This document shows positions 30,476 through 40,871 of a DNA stretch of 64,000 bases, piece by piece; position 1 is the first letter of the stretch, and the number at the start of each line of letters is the position of its first letter. The position numbers and the translations under genes are program-made. Source of the DNA: an uncultured Candidatus Entotheonella sp. (GTDB taxonomy: Bacteria; Tectomicrobia; Entotheonellia; Entotheonellales; Entotheonellaceae). The notes under the pieces were generated by a model that was given only the letters and a program-made list of their open reading frames with translations, made no database searches and was not told the DNA's origin. The stretch covers positions 1,888,001 to 1,952,000 of the forward strand of contig OZ244252.1 in the NCBI GenBank assembly GCA_965217185.1, in the 5' to 3' direction.

Positions 30476-31267
30476 GTGTCTGACCTGATTCTGTGCGACC
30501 AACATGAGCATGTCGCCACCCTCACGCTGAACCGGCCGGCGAAACGGAATGCCATGTCGCCGGACCTGCTCACCGACCTGTCAGCACAGTTGCGACGGCT
30601 GAGGGAGAATCCGGGAGTTCGCGTACTCATTTTGCGCGGCCAGGGCACGAAGGCGTTTTCCGCTGGCTACGATATCGGTCACCTGCCGGCGCGCGAGGGC
30701 GACGAACCCCTTCCCGACAGCAACGGCGTCGGACTGTTCCAACGCATGCTGGAACAGGTCCGCACGTTCCATGCCCCGGTCATCGCCATGATTCACGGCT
30801 TCTGCATGGGCGGTGGATTGGAGTTGGCCGCCACCTGCGACATCCGCCTCACCGCTGACACCGGCACATTCTGCATGCCGCCAGCGCGCCTCGGCGCCCT
30901 GTATTCCGGCGAGGGCCTGCTGCGCTTCGTCAACCTGATCGGCCTCGCCAATACCTGCGAAATCTTCTATACCGCCTGCCGCTTCGACGCCCAACGTGCT
31001 CACCAAATGGGCTTGGTCAATCACGTCGCCCCGGCAACGGAACTCGAACAACGTACGGGCGACATGGCACAACAGATCGTGCGCAACGCTCCATTGTCAG
31101 TGAAAAACACTAAAACATCCCTGGCACACGTGCTGCGGTTTCAGGATTTTTCGCAGCACGCCGAAACCCTCAAACGCCTGCGTGACGCGTGCATGCAGAG
31201 CGACGACTTCCAGGAAGGCCGTCGTGCCTTTCTGGAGAAACGGCCGCCGGTGTTTCGCGGCGGCTAG
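30476..31267 (+). CDS. Enoyl-CoA hydratase/isomerase family protein
   Basis: LNRPAKRNAM, AFSAGYDI, GGGLELA and EGRRAFLEKRPPVF motifs. Confidence 0.92.
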   Translation: MSDLILCDQHEHVATLTLNRPAKRNAMSPDLLTDLSAQLRRLRENPGVRVLILRGQGTKAFSAGYDIGHLPAREGDEPLPDSNGVGLFQRMLEQVRTFHAPVIAMIHGFCMGGGLELAATCDIRLTADTGTFCMPPARLGALYSGEGLLRFVNLIGLANTCEIFYTACRFDAQRAHQMGLVNHVAPATELEQRTGDMAQQIVRNAPLSVKNTKTSLAHVLRFQDFSQHAETLKRLRDACMQSDDFQEGRRAFLEKRPPVFRGG

Positions 31268-31425
31268 GACGGCGTTACCGGGCAAGCGCCGTCACCCCGC
31301 CTGCCCACGTCTCCTCAACCCCACAGACCCCTTCCGTTTCTCCTTCCGCAGTCAGGGGCGGGCCCCGTAGCCCGCCCTCCCCGCCGCCCGGCGAGGCGTA
31401 CTAAGGAATCGGATGGAAACCTGCC

Positions 31426-31812
31426 CTACACGTCAGGTACGAGCCGGATGAGCACTTCGGTGCCGTCGGCGAAAGCTTTGCGCAACCGCGGCCCCAGAAT
31501 CCACCAACGTAACCAGTAACGCCGGCGATAGGTGCGCAGGAGGCGGGTGTGCAATTCGGCAGCGTCCTCCAGAAGTTGCGCGTCACATGACAAGCTGGGG
31601 CCGCTGGGACTACCGGCATGCACCGTTACCCGCCCGGTTTGACGAATGCGGCGCACCTTCAAGGTATCTCGCTGGCTGCAGAAATAGATGGCGTCCTCAT
31701 CGAGCAGGAACAGGACCGGTACGGTGCCGGATTTGCTGTTGACGCCGAAGGTGGTCAGATAAAGAAGCTTGGCGCCTTGCAGAGCGCGCCGAAATTCCAG
31801 AGGGAAGGTCAT
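31426..31812 (-). CDS. Pyridoxamine 5'-phosphate oxidase-like split-barrel protein
   Basis: LYLTTFG...TVPVLF...KVRRIRQTGRVTV. Confidence 0.6.
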   Translation of the reverse strand: MTFPLEFRRALQGAKLLYLTTFGVNSKSGTVPVLFLLDEDAIYFCSQRDTLKVRRIRQTGRVTVHAGSPSGPSLSCDAQLLEDAAELHTRLLRTYRRRYWLRWWILGPRLRKAFADGTEVLIRLVPDV

Positions 31813-32048
31813 GCCGTCATACCCGCCCGCGCCCCTGTTGGGAGCGGCCATTGATTGTTGAGGGTCCAGGAAGAGGGACAGGCCGGCATGATATCGTAAA
31901 TTCAACACCGCTTTCCCGATGGCTCCCGGAGCGCCCCGCATTTGACAATTCCCGCCTGTTCTGAGAAGGTCATGCCTAGGCATTCCCGCCGAAGGCCACC
32001 TACTTGCCGCGAGGTTCCCCTGCCACCGACATTGCCCGGACGCATCCA

Positions 32049-33293
32049 TTGAAACTGTTGTATCTACTCGTTGGAATTCTGTTCCTCAGCCCGGCCACCG
32101 TTACGTGGTCGCAACCCGACGCGGCTGCCGGCAAGGCGGTCTACGAACGCCTGTGCGTGGGTTGCCATGGAGGGGACGGCCGCGGTGGACGCATGGCCCG
32201 CATGCTGCCGGTGCCGCCGCGCAACCTCGCGGATCCAACGTATATGCAAAGCCGCTCGGCGGAACACCTGTTCGTCGCCGTAAAAGACGGCAGCGCCGCG
32301 GCGGGATTATCCAACGCCATGCCCGGCTTTGGCGGCCAACTGGACGACCAGGAGATCCGCAATACGGTCGCCTACGTACAGACGCTAGCCAAAGCGCAGC
32401 CTGCATCGCCTGCGCAGGAAGGGACCGAGTCGCCTGCCGCCGAGCCGCCGGCTGATCTACGAATCGCACGGCTGCAGCTTTCCATCTGGCCGGAATACGA
32501 TGATCCTCGCGTGCTGCTTATCATACGAGGCGAATTGGCGCCGGGCGCTGTCTTCCCGACGCAGGTCACGCTGCCCGTTCCCAAGGACGCGGAACTGATC
32601 GGAGCCGGCATGATCTCGGAACTGGGAGAACTCCTCCTGCATCCGCACCGCGTGATTCCCGGCGACGCCTCGGACACCCTGGAAATCACCCTGCCCTCAC
32701 CGCATTTCTTCGCCGAGTTGTACCACGACCCCTTCGAAATTTCCGGGGACGCCAAGCGCTTCAGCTATACCTTCACGGCTCCCTACCCGATCACCCAGTT
32801 CGACGTGGATATCCAGAAGCCGTACACCGCCAGCGAATTCGTCACCGAGCCGCCCGCCATGGCCCAGGAAACCGAGGGCCGCGACACCACGTACCACCGC
32901 TTCGCATACCGTGACGTCGCAGCCGGACAGCCCACGGCGTTCACCGTCAGCTACGTCAAAACCGACCCGCAACCATCCGCACCCAAAGCAGATAGCGCGC
33001 CAGACGGAAGCCCCGCCGCTACGCGAGGCCCGCAGGACCGTATGCTGATCTACTTCGGCATTCTGGCCGGCGTCACCGCCGCATACGTGCTGGGCACTCT
33101 TCTGTTCGCTGTTTACCGGCGCCGGCATGCAGCAGCCGCGGCACCCGAAGCCCCGCCTCTGCCGTTGACCGTGCCGCCCGTCCCGCCACCGGTCACGCCT
33201 GCCGTCGCCAATTTCTGCAGCCATTGCGGCCATGCCCTCAACGCCGATTACGCCTTCTGCCCCGGTTGTGGTCACGCCATTCGCGCGTCATAG
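32049..33293 (+). CDS. Exported cytochrome c fused to a beta-rich domain, a TM helix and a C-terminal zinc ribbon
   Basis: Signal peptide, CVGCH...AMPGFG, IWPEYDDPRVL domain, TM segment, FCSHCG...FCPGCG. Start position is approximate. Confidence 0.78.
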   Translation: MKLLYLLVGILFLSPATVTWSQPDAAAGKAVYERLCVGCHGGDGRGGRMARMLPVPPRNLADPTYMQSRSAEHLFVAVKDGSAAAGLSNAMPGFGGQLDDQEIRNTVAYVQTLAKAQPASPAQEGTESPAAEPPADLRIARLQLSIWPEYDDPRVLLIIRGELAPGAVFPTQVTLPVPKDAELIGAGMISELGELLLHPHRVIPGDASDTLEITLPSPHFFAELYHDPFEISGDAKRFSYTFTAPYPITQFDVDIQKPYTASEFVTEPPAMAQETEGRDTTYHRFAYRDVAAGQPTAFTVSYVKTDPQPSAPKADSAPDGSPAATRGPQDRMLIYFGILAGVTAAYVLGTLLFAVYRRRHAAAAAPEAPPLPLTVPPVPPPVTPAVANFCSHCGHALNADYAFCPGCGHAIRAS

Positions 33294-33839
33294 ACGACAC
33301 GCGGATGATGAGCGCATCCGATCCACATGATTGAACAGTGTTTTGGCCCTTGTTTTCCATGTCGTTGACCGTTACCGTAACGCTCTAAAATGAGTTGGGA
33401 AATCGGGCGTGAACGATTCAGATAAGCGGGAATTTGGATGGAAAAGGTTTTTATATACTGGGATAACTCCAACATTTTCATCAGTGCTCAGCAAGTCGCC
33501 GCCGACCTGGAGGGCGAAGAGTCACGCGCCCGGGCGCGGATGCATTTCCCGAATCTGGTTACCTTGGCGCACGGTGGACGGGAAATTCAGCGAGCCATCG
33601 CAGTCGGCTCTGTACCCCCGGAACTGAAGCACGTCTGGAACCGGCTGGAGAACGAGGGCGTCACGGTTCAACTCCTGGAAAGGGGCGCCCTTCACGGCCG
33701 TGAAGTGGGCGTCGACCAAGCCCTGCAAACCGCTATGCTGCGAGACACGGTGGACTATAACGGCGACCCGGGCATCGTGGTGCTGCTCACCGGCGATGGA
33801 AGCGGTTTCTCCGACGGTGTTGGGTTCCACGCCGACCTG

Positions 33840-35147
33840 TGTGCAAGCCGAACATCGTTTACAAAATAGACCGGGAACATGGTTTACACGGTTGACTCAC
33901 GTTGATGCCACTGTCGGGCATGGGTAATCGTATGGGTACGGTCATTCAGGACACCCAGAAGATGGAAGCTGTAGCGAATCTCCCAGCAGTCGTTGTCACA
34001 AGCAACCAGACCGATGGGTTCCTTGGCCAGCACCGCCGAGAGATAGATCAGCCGCCCTCGCCATTTGAACTCACCCGTGCGCCGCACCCGCCGCACGGTG
34101 ACACCACGGTCGTACTCAACCGCCGGCAGCTTGGCGCGATAGGGACGCCGCGAGACCTCATGCACACTGCCTGGCGTCAGGCGCCCAAGCGCTTCGTGAG
34201 AACGCTGCCAGTTGAACTCCTCGACAAAGGCGTCGAAGCGCCTCTGCTGCGCCGCAAAGCTACTGGCTGCCGGATTGATCACCGCTTCCTTGAGCGAGCG
34301 ATGCATGCGTTCATGGCGACCGTTTTCACTGGGCGTGGCCGGTCGAATGCGCTCCGGACGAATACCCAGGCGCACCCACCACTTTGAGAGTTGGCTGAGG
34401 CCACCGGCGGCCAGCGAGGCAAAGGGTGCGCCGTTGTCGGTGCGCAGGGTCTCGGGCAGGCCATACTCCCGAAACACCCACTCGAACCAGGGCTTGACGG
34501 CAGCCGTGGTCATGCGGCTCAGAGCGCGGCACTGCAAGATAAAGCGGCTGTGATTGTCGGTGATGGTCAGGGGGTAGCAGCGTTGGCCGCCGCCGAGTCG
34601 GAAGTCGCCCTTGAAGTCAGCGCTCCAGCTCTGCGCCGGGGCGCTGCAGGTGACCAGGGCGTGCGGGTCCGGCGGCACGCGGCGGCGCTTGCGCCTTTGC
34701 CTGACCAGGCCGTTTCGCTTGAGGATGTCGGCGGCGGTGCTGTCGGCTGGCCAGGGATTGTCGGGCTCCAGTGCGCGGAGTCGATCCATGACCTTCTTGG
34801 GTCCGAAGCTCTGGTGCGCGAGCTTCATCTGCACGATGCGCTCGGCAATCTCGGGTGCGGTGGTGTCAGGGTGTCGATGGGGTCTTCGTGAAAGGTCATG
34901 GAGTCCCTCGGGGCCACGGCTGTGATAGCGCTCAATCCACTTGTCGCCAGTGGGTCGGCTGATGCCATAGTGCATGCACAGGTCTCTCTTGGTGTAGCAA
35001 CCGCTCAAGTAGTCGGCGATAAACTGAATGCGTTGGTCCATGGTACACGTCTCTTTCCAAGGCATCGGCGAATCCTCCTTCGCCCGATACCTTAAACGTA
35101 AACCATGTTCCCGGTTTAATGTGTAAAGGATGTTACCGGTTTGTACC
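33840..35147 (-). mobile_element. IS481-family insertion sequence (1308 bp)
   Basis: About 50-bp imperfect terminal inverted repeats sharing ACCGGGAACATGGTTTAC; CCTG direct repeats at 33836-33839 and 35148-35151. Confidence 0.9.
33884..35065 (-). CDS. IS481-family DDE transposase
   Basis: MPWKE start; WSADFKG, RTDNGAPF and NGRHERMHRSLK supply the D, D and E residues. Confidence 0.93.
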   Translation of the reverse strand: MPWKETCTMDQRIQFIADYLSGCYTKRDLCMHYGISRPTGDKWIERYHSRGPEGLHDLSRRPHRHPDTTAPEIAERIVQMKLAHQSFGPKKVMDRLRALEPDNPWPADSTAADILKRNGLVRQRRKRRRVPPDPHALVTCSAPAQSWSADFKGDFRLGGGQRCYPLTITDNHSRFILQCRALSRMTTAAVKPWFEWVFREYGLPETLRTDNGAPFASLAAGGLSQLSKWWVRLGIRPERIRPATPSENGRHERMHRSLKEAVINPAASSFAAQQRRFDAFVEEFNWQRSHEALGRLTPGSVHEVSRRPYRAKLPAVEYDRGVTVRRVRRTGEFKWRGRLIYLSAVLAKEPIGLVACDNDCWEIRYSFHLLGVLNDRTHTITHARQWHQRESTV

Positions 35148-35430
35148 CCTGGAGCGCATGCACCAACGCAACTGGCGCATAGAGGTGTTGTCGTGGCGCC
35201 ATAGTTGTAACCGGCGGATGCGTGAATGGGCCGAGGCAAATGGCAAATTCATCGCCCTGGATGATTTCTACGAAAGCATAACCTTCCTGGAAGCACCGGC
35301 ACCGGGCCGACCGGCTGCCGACCCGCGCTACGCTATTCCTCTGGACTTGAGCAGACGCCCGATCTGATCGGTGGCGAGTTGCCGGCGATAACGGCATCAC
35401 ACGAAACACGAGGCCAGCTTCGTCGAAACC

Positions 35431-37536
35431 TTATCTGGCATTTTCCTCATCCCAGTCCGGAATCGCGCGTATCTGCTCCAGCCACAGCGTGGCTTCGGCA
35501 TCACTGGGCGCGCGGTAATCGCCGCGCGGCGAGAGAGAGCCGCCGGAACCGACCTTGGGAGCGTTGGGGACGCAGCTTCGCTTGAACTGGCTGAGTTGGA
35601 AGAAGCGCTCGGCGAATACCGCCAGCCATTGCTTGATCTCGCCAATGCCATAAGCGTGGCGCCGGTCGGGGGGGATGTCAGGCCAGTGACCGCGGCGTGC
35701 GTCGTGCCAGCAGCAATAGGCCAGGAAGGCGACCTTGGTGGGCAGGTAGCCGAGGCGGGTGGTGTAGTACAGGAAGAAATCGTGCAGTTCGTACGGACCG
35801 ATGACCTCCTCGGTGCGCTGGCTGGGCTGGCCCGCGTCGTCATCGCCGGGCACCAGTTCGGGGCTGACTTCCGTTTCCAGCACGTCGTACAGGACGCGAC
35901 TGACGCCGTCGCCCAGCTGACCGGTTTCGGCGACCCAGCGGATGAGGTAGCGGATCAGCGTCTTGGGCACGCTGGCGTTGACGTTGTAGTGCGACATGTG
36001 ATCGCCGACGCCGTAGGTTGACCATCCGAGGGCCAATTCGCTCAGGTCCCCAGTCCCCACCACCAAGCCGTTGCAATGGTTGGCGAGCCGGAACAGGTGG
36101 CTGGTGCGCTCGCCGGCCTGCACGTTTTCGAACGTCACGTCGTACACCGGGGACGGCGGATCAGGCCAAGGCTTGTCGGCCAGCGGATGGCCGAGATCGC
36201 GCAACATTTGCTCGCAACTCGGGCGGATGTCGAGTTCGTGAGCCTCGCAGCCAATCGCCGCCATCAGCGCCTGGGCGCTGCGCAGGGTTCGCTTGCTGGT
36301 CGCGAAACCGGGCATGGTGTAGCCCTTGATGTTACGGCGTGGAAGTCCCAGCACGTCCATAGCCCGCGCCGCCACGATCATTGCCTGCGTCGAATCGAGA
36401 CCGCCGGAAATACCGATCACGACGTTCTCAATGCCCGTGCTACGCAATCGTTTGGCCAGTCCCTGCACCTGGATGTTGTACGCCTCGTAACAGCGCTGGT
36501 CGCGCATTGCTGGATTGGCCGGGACGTACGGGAATCGGTCGTAGGGACGCTGGCAAAGCAGGCGTTCCGCGCGATGCGGCAGATCAACTTCAACACGCAC
36601 CTCGCGAAACCGCTCGACCTCCTCGGCATGGCGTTGCACGCTCTGGCCAAACGTCGTCTGGCGCATGCGCTCCTGCGACAGCCGTTCGACGTCCAGTTCC
36701 GCCAGCACCAGTTGCGAGTCGGATCGGAAGCGCTCCGATTCAGCCACCAGCGCACCGTTTTCGTACACCATGGCGTGGCCGTCCCAGGCGAGATCCGTGG
36801 TCGATTCACCCGCCCCGGCGGCGGTGTATAGATATGACGCCAGGCAGCGCGCCGACTGGTTGGCCACCAGGCTGTGGCGGTATTCGTCCTTGCCGATGGT
36901 GACGTTCGACGCCGACAGGTTCACGAGCACCGTCGCCCCGGCCATAGCGGCAAAGCTCGACGGCGGAATCGGCACCCACAAGTCCTCACAGACCTCCGCG
37001 AAGAATGACCACGACGGGTCACTGTCGACGCGAAACAGCAGCCGCTCGCCGAAGGGAATGTCGTCCTGACCGCACAGGCTGACGAAGCGGCGCCGGGCCG
37101 CGGCCGCCGGAGCGAACTGCCGCATTTCATAGTATTCCCGGTAGTTGGGCAGGAAGGTCTTAGGCACGACGCCCAGAATACGGCCCTGATGCAGGACCGC
37201 GGCGCAGTTGAACAGCAGATTGTCCACCTGCAGAGGCAGGCCGACGACGGCGATCAGATGGGTTTCGCGCACTGCCTGGAGCACGGTACCGAGCGCCTCC
37301 TGGGCGCCGGCGAGGAGTGTTTGCTGATGAAACAGGTCTTCGCACGAATAGGCCGTCAGGCCCAGTTCCGGGAATACCACCAGCACGGCTTTGGCGGCCT
37401 CGGCTTGCTCGATCAGCGCCACTGTACGGGCGGCGTTGAACGTCGGGTCCGCCACCCGCACCTCGGGAATGCCCAGGGCGACACGGATGAAACCGTGCTG
37501 GTAAAAATTGAAAAAATTGCCGTGTGCCTGCACCAT
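35431..37536 (-). CDS. nadE: Glutamine-dependent NAD+ synthetase
   Basis: Nitrilase domain (FPEL, VPK, VCEDLW) followed by [15 protein letters not shown] and GDHMSHY. Confidence 0.96.
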   Translation of the reverse strand: MVQAHGNFFNFYQHGFIRVALGIPEVRVADPTFNAARTVALIEQAEAAKAVLVVFPELGLTAYSCEDLFHQQTLLAGAQEALGTVLQAVRETHLIAVVGLPLQVDNLLFNCAAVLHQGRILGVVPKTFLPNYREYYEMRQFAPAAAARRRFVSLCGQDDIPFGERLLFRVDSDPSWSFFAEVCEDLWVPIPPSSFAAMAGATVLVNLSASNVTIGKDEYRHSLVANQSARCLASYLYTAAGAGESTTDLAWDGHAMVYENGALVAESERFRSDSQLVLAELDVERLSQERMRQTTFGQSVQRHAEEVERFREVRVEVDLPHRAERLLCQRPYDRFPYVPANPAMRDQRCYEAYNIQVQGLAKRLRSTGIENVVIGISGGLDSTQAMIVAARAMDVLGLPRRNIKGYTMPGFATSKRTLRSAQALMAAIGCEAHELDIRPSCEQMLRDLGHPLADKPWPDPPSPVYDVTFENVQAGERTSHLFRLANHCNGLVVGTGDLSELALGWSTYGVGDHMSHYNVNASVPKTLIRYLIRWVAETGQLGDGVSRVLYDVLETEVSPELVPGDDDAGQPSQRTEEVIGPYELHDFFLYYTTRLGYLPTKVAFLAYCCWHDARRGHWPDIPPDRRHAYGIGEIKQWLAVFAERFFQLSQFKRSCVPNAPKVGSGGSLSPRGDYRAPSDAEATLWLEQIRAIPDWDEENAR

Positions 37537-37759
37537 CCAATCCTCGCAATGACCTTGAATTCACGCCGGTAACGGCGCGTAGCCTGCATCACGCCCACAA
37601 AATTGTCAACACGACCGAAACGGCACGGCCGGCGGGTGCGAGCCTGGCCTTTCGGCTTGTTCGGCCCAAGGCGCTTTGCCATAATAGCGCCTTACTTGAG
37701 ACCCTTCGGCGACTTCTTCAGAGGCCAAGCTGCACTTGAGCGAGCCACGAGGAAACGGG

Positions 37760-39061
37760 ATGAACGTCCACACTTGGCACCTGGAGATCGGCACCTTCCC
37801 CGTGCGGCGCCTTGCCTTTGCCTCCCGAACCGCCTACGAAAACGGCACCCTGTTCATCGACGACGCGGAACTCCAGACCCGCATCGCCGAGCCCGCTGCT
37901 GTTGCCGATATCGCCGTGCATCTTGCCCACCCGGGCGAATCGTGCCGCATCGTGCACGTTCTGGATGCCGTATCGCCAATGGTCAAAGTAACCGGCCGGT
38001 CAACGGTCTATCCCGGCTTTTTCGATTCCGCCTCGCCGGCCGGCACCGGCCGAACCCACGTGTTGACGGACACCGCGGTGCTGGTCAGCGGCACGTTTCC
38101 GGAACCGACCAGCGGCGCCCTGTCGGCGGCCGAGGCCACCGTCGACATGAGCGGGCCGGCAACGGCTTGCTGCCCCTTTTCGGACACCGCCAACGTGGTC
38201 CTGGTCTGCCGCCCGGCCCCCGGCGCCAGCAACGCCGATTTCGATGCCGCCCTGCACCGCGTCAAGCTCAAAGCAGCCGTATACCTGGCCGAGGCCACCG
38301 TAGAGCTTGAGCCGCCGCAGACCGACGTATACGACTTGCAGCCCGTTGACGACGCCCTGCCCCGCGTTGTTTTCCTGGATCAACTCCACCAGCAGGGCCT
38401 GCTGGCGCAGACGTTCCTGTACGGCCGGCACACGCAGGGACTGGAGCCAACCCTGCTGCACCCGAACGAAATGCTCGACGGCGCCCTGGTCAGCGGCAAC
38501 TACCGGCAACCGGGACGCTCGATCACCTACGGACACAGCCGCAATGACTTGGTGCGCGAGCTATACGGGCGGCATGGCCGCGACCTCAACTTCCTCGGCG
38601 TGGTGGTTGGCCGCGGCTGGCAAGACACGCAGGCGCTGAAGGAACGTCAAGGCTGGATGATGGCGCGCCTCGCCAGCCTGCTGGGCGCGCAAGTGGCCAT
38701 CGTGTCGGCGGACGTCGGCGGCACCGGCGGCAACAATACCATCGACTTCATGCAGACGATCAAGGCGTGCGAGCAAATGGGCATTCGCACCGTCGCCATC
38801 ATGCAGGAGGCGGGCAACGCCGACGGCAGCAATCCGACCCTCGTCGATCACGTCCCGGAAGCCGATGCGCTGGTCAGCGTCGGTGGTGTCGGCTGGGACA
38901 TCCCGCTGGCCCCGGCGGTGTCGCGCGTCATCGGCGGCGCCACCGTGCAGCCGAACCGCGCGCAGGAACCCCTCGATGCCGCCGGGCCGCTGCAAGTCGC
39001 GTGCTGGTACGGCGCCGTATGGAAGCGTACGTTCCAAGGTCTGTCGGCGGTGGACGCCTGA
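37760..39061 (+). CDS. Glycine/sarcosine/betaine reductase component B (GrdE/GrdI-like) subunit
   Basis: PGESCRIVHVLD, GTGRTHVL, PTLLHPNEMLDGALVSG, LNFLGVV and ACEQMGIRTV motifs. Confidence 0.85.
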   Translation: MNVHTWHLEIGTFPVRRLAFASRTAYENGTLFIDDAELQTRIAEPAAVADIAVHLAHPGESCRIVHVLDAVSPMVKVTGRSTVYPGFFDSASPAGTGRTHVLTDTAVLVSGTFPEPTSGALSAAEATVDMSGPATACCPFSDTANVVLVCRPAPGASNADFDAALHRVKLKAAVYLAEATVELEPPQTDVYDLQPVDDALPRVVFLDQLHQQGLLAQTFLYGRHTQGLEPTLLHPNEMLDGALVSGNYRQPGRSITYGHSRNDLVRELYGRHGRDLNFLGVVVGRGWQDTQALKERQGWMMARLASLLGAQVAIVSADVGGTGGNNTIDFMQTIKACEQMGIRTVAIMQEAGNADGSNPTLVDHVPEADALVSVGGVGWDIPLAPAVSRVIGGATVQPNRAQEPLDAAGPLQVACWYGAVWKRTFQGLSAVDA

Positions 39062-39083
39062 CACCAAATGAAGGGCAACACGC

Positions 39084-40421
39084 ATGACTGATGACACCGT
39101 TCGCCCCTTACGCCTGGTGCACTACCTCAACGCCTTTTTCGGCGGCATTGGCGGCGAGGCCGAGGCGCATCACGCCGTGCAGACGCACGCGGGGCCACTG
39201 GGGCCGGGAATGCTCTTGCAGAAATTATGCGACGGGCAGGCCGAGGTCATCGGCACCGTGGTGTGCGGCGACGGCTACTTCGGCGAGCAGGAGGAAGCCG
39301 TGGTGGAGCGGGTCCGGCAATACGTGCGACAGCAAGGCGCCGATGCCTTCATCGCCGGCCCGGCCTTCGGCTCCGGACGGTACGGGCTAGCCTGTGGCCG
39401 GTTGTGCCTGGAAATCGAGCGCCTGGGAATTCCCGCGGTTACCGGCCTGCACGCCGAGAACCCGGGCGGCGAGGTGTTCCTGCCGCAGCACATCTTCGCC
39501 GTGAGCACCACGGCCAGCGCTGCCGGCATGCAACCGGCTCTGCAACGCATGACGGCTTTGGCGCTCAAACGCGCCCGCGGCGAACCCCTCGGCTCGGCAG
39601 CGCAAGAAGGCTTTCTGCCGCGCGACGTGCGCCGCACCGTGGACACCGGCGTGCCGGCGGCGAAACGCGCGGTAGACCTTGCACTGCGCAAGTGGAAAGA
39701 CGAACCCTACGCCAGCGAAATTACCGTTGAGACCTTCGAGCCTGTGCCCCCGCCGCCGCCGCTTGCCGACCCGAGCCGCACCCGCTTTGCATTGGTCACC
39801 GAGTGCGGCCTGGTGCCCAAGGGCAACCCCGACCGCCTGCCCGCCGCCGGCGCCAGCCACTGGGCCGCCTATGCCATTGGCGACATGCAACACTTGATGC
39901 CCGGCGACTGGGACATCGTGCATGGCGGCTATGACAACACCGCGGCGCTGCTGGACCCGAATCGCGTCGTGCCTCTGGACGCCATGCGCGCCCTACAACG
40001 GGAGGGGATCATCGGCGGGCTGTTGGACGACTTGTTAGTCACCGTCGGCAATCTTGCCAGCCTCAACGCCATGAAGAAAATCGGCGCCGAAATGGCCGCC
40101 ACCCTGAAGCAGCGCGGCGTCGGCGCCGTCGTGCTACCGGCGACGTGAGGCACCGGCACGCGTAGCGGTGCTACGATCGCCAAAGCCTGCGAACGCGAGG
40201 GCATTCCCACCGCCCTGGCCACCTGTCTTTACACCGTCGCAACGCGCGTCGGCGCCAACCGCATCGTGCGCGGCGGGCGTTTCCACCATCCCTTCGGCGA
40301 TCCGGAGGACCCGCCGGCGGCGCAATACGCCTGGCGCCGCGCGTTTGTCGAGCGCCTGTTGCACGCCCTGCGCACGCCGGTTGAGAAGCCGACCGTATTC
40401 GACGTCGAACCAACCATCTGA
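39084..40421 (+). CDS. Glycine/betaine/sarcosine reductase family selenoprotein B (Sec at UGA 40146-40148)
   Basis: HYLNAFFGGIGGE, AGPAFGSGRYG, GLVPKGNPD and HGGYD...DPNRVVPLD motifs. The frame continues past TGA as GTGTRSGATIAKACEREGIP...VGANRIVRG...HPFGDP to a stop at 40419-40421. Confidence 0.88.
40161..40175 (+). promoter_or_regulatory. Putative SECIS hairpin
   Basis: CGTAGC-GGT-GCTACG stem-loop 12 nt downstream of the in-frame UGA, with a G-containing loop. Confidence 0.6.
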
Positions 40422-40436
40422 GCAAACGGAGCCCCC

Positions 40437-40808
40437 ATGATCGACTACACCGTGTACAAATTAACCCACTTCCTCGGCATCATCATGATCTTCGTCAGTC
40501 TCGGCGGCGTCATGGTCCACGTTTTCAACGGCGGCGCCAAGGCCGACAACGTCTGGCGCAAGCCGGCGGGCATCACGCACGGCATCGGGCTGTTTCTCGT
40601 CCTGTTGGGCGGCTTCGGCATGATGGCGCGGCTCGGCATTCCCTGGCCGTGGCCGGGCTGGCTGTTCGTCAAGCTGGCGATCTGGCTGGTGCTGGGCGGC
40701 ATTACGGGGCTCGTGTACCGCCTCGGCGCCGGCGGCAAGAGCCTGTGGGCCGTGGTGGTGCTGCTCGGCGCCATCGCCGCGTACATGGCCATCATGAAAC
40801 CCCTGTAA
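40437..40808 (+). CDS. Small 4-TM membrane protein (SirB2-like)
   Basis: YKLTHFLG...HGIGL...GGFGM...WLFVKL. Confidence 0.7.
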   Translation: MIDYTVYKLTHFLGIIMIFVSLGGVMVHVFNGGAKADNVWRKPAGITHGIGLFLVLLGGFGMMARLGIPWPWPGWLFVKLAIWLVLGGITGLVYRLGAGGKSLWAVVVLLGAIAAYMAIMKPL

Positions 40809-40813
40809 CACAT

Positions 40814-40845
40814 GTAGGTCGGATGAGCGCAGCGTAATCCGACAT
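40814..40845 (+). repeat. GTAG-type REP-like palindrome, copy 1
   Basis: GTAGGTCGGATGAGCGCAGCGTAATCCGACAT; further copies at 48255 and 61506. Confidence 0.8.
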
Positions 40846-40871
40846 TTCCTTCCAAGGGGGATTACTTATCC

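Larger units (their letters stand above)
33438..35367 (+). pseudogene. NYN/LabA-like PIN nuclease interrupted by IS481
   Basis: IYWDNSN...EVGVDQAL...LLTGDG...FHADL|ERMHQRNWRIEVLSW rejoins in frame after removing the IS and one CCTG copy. Confidence 0.88.
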
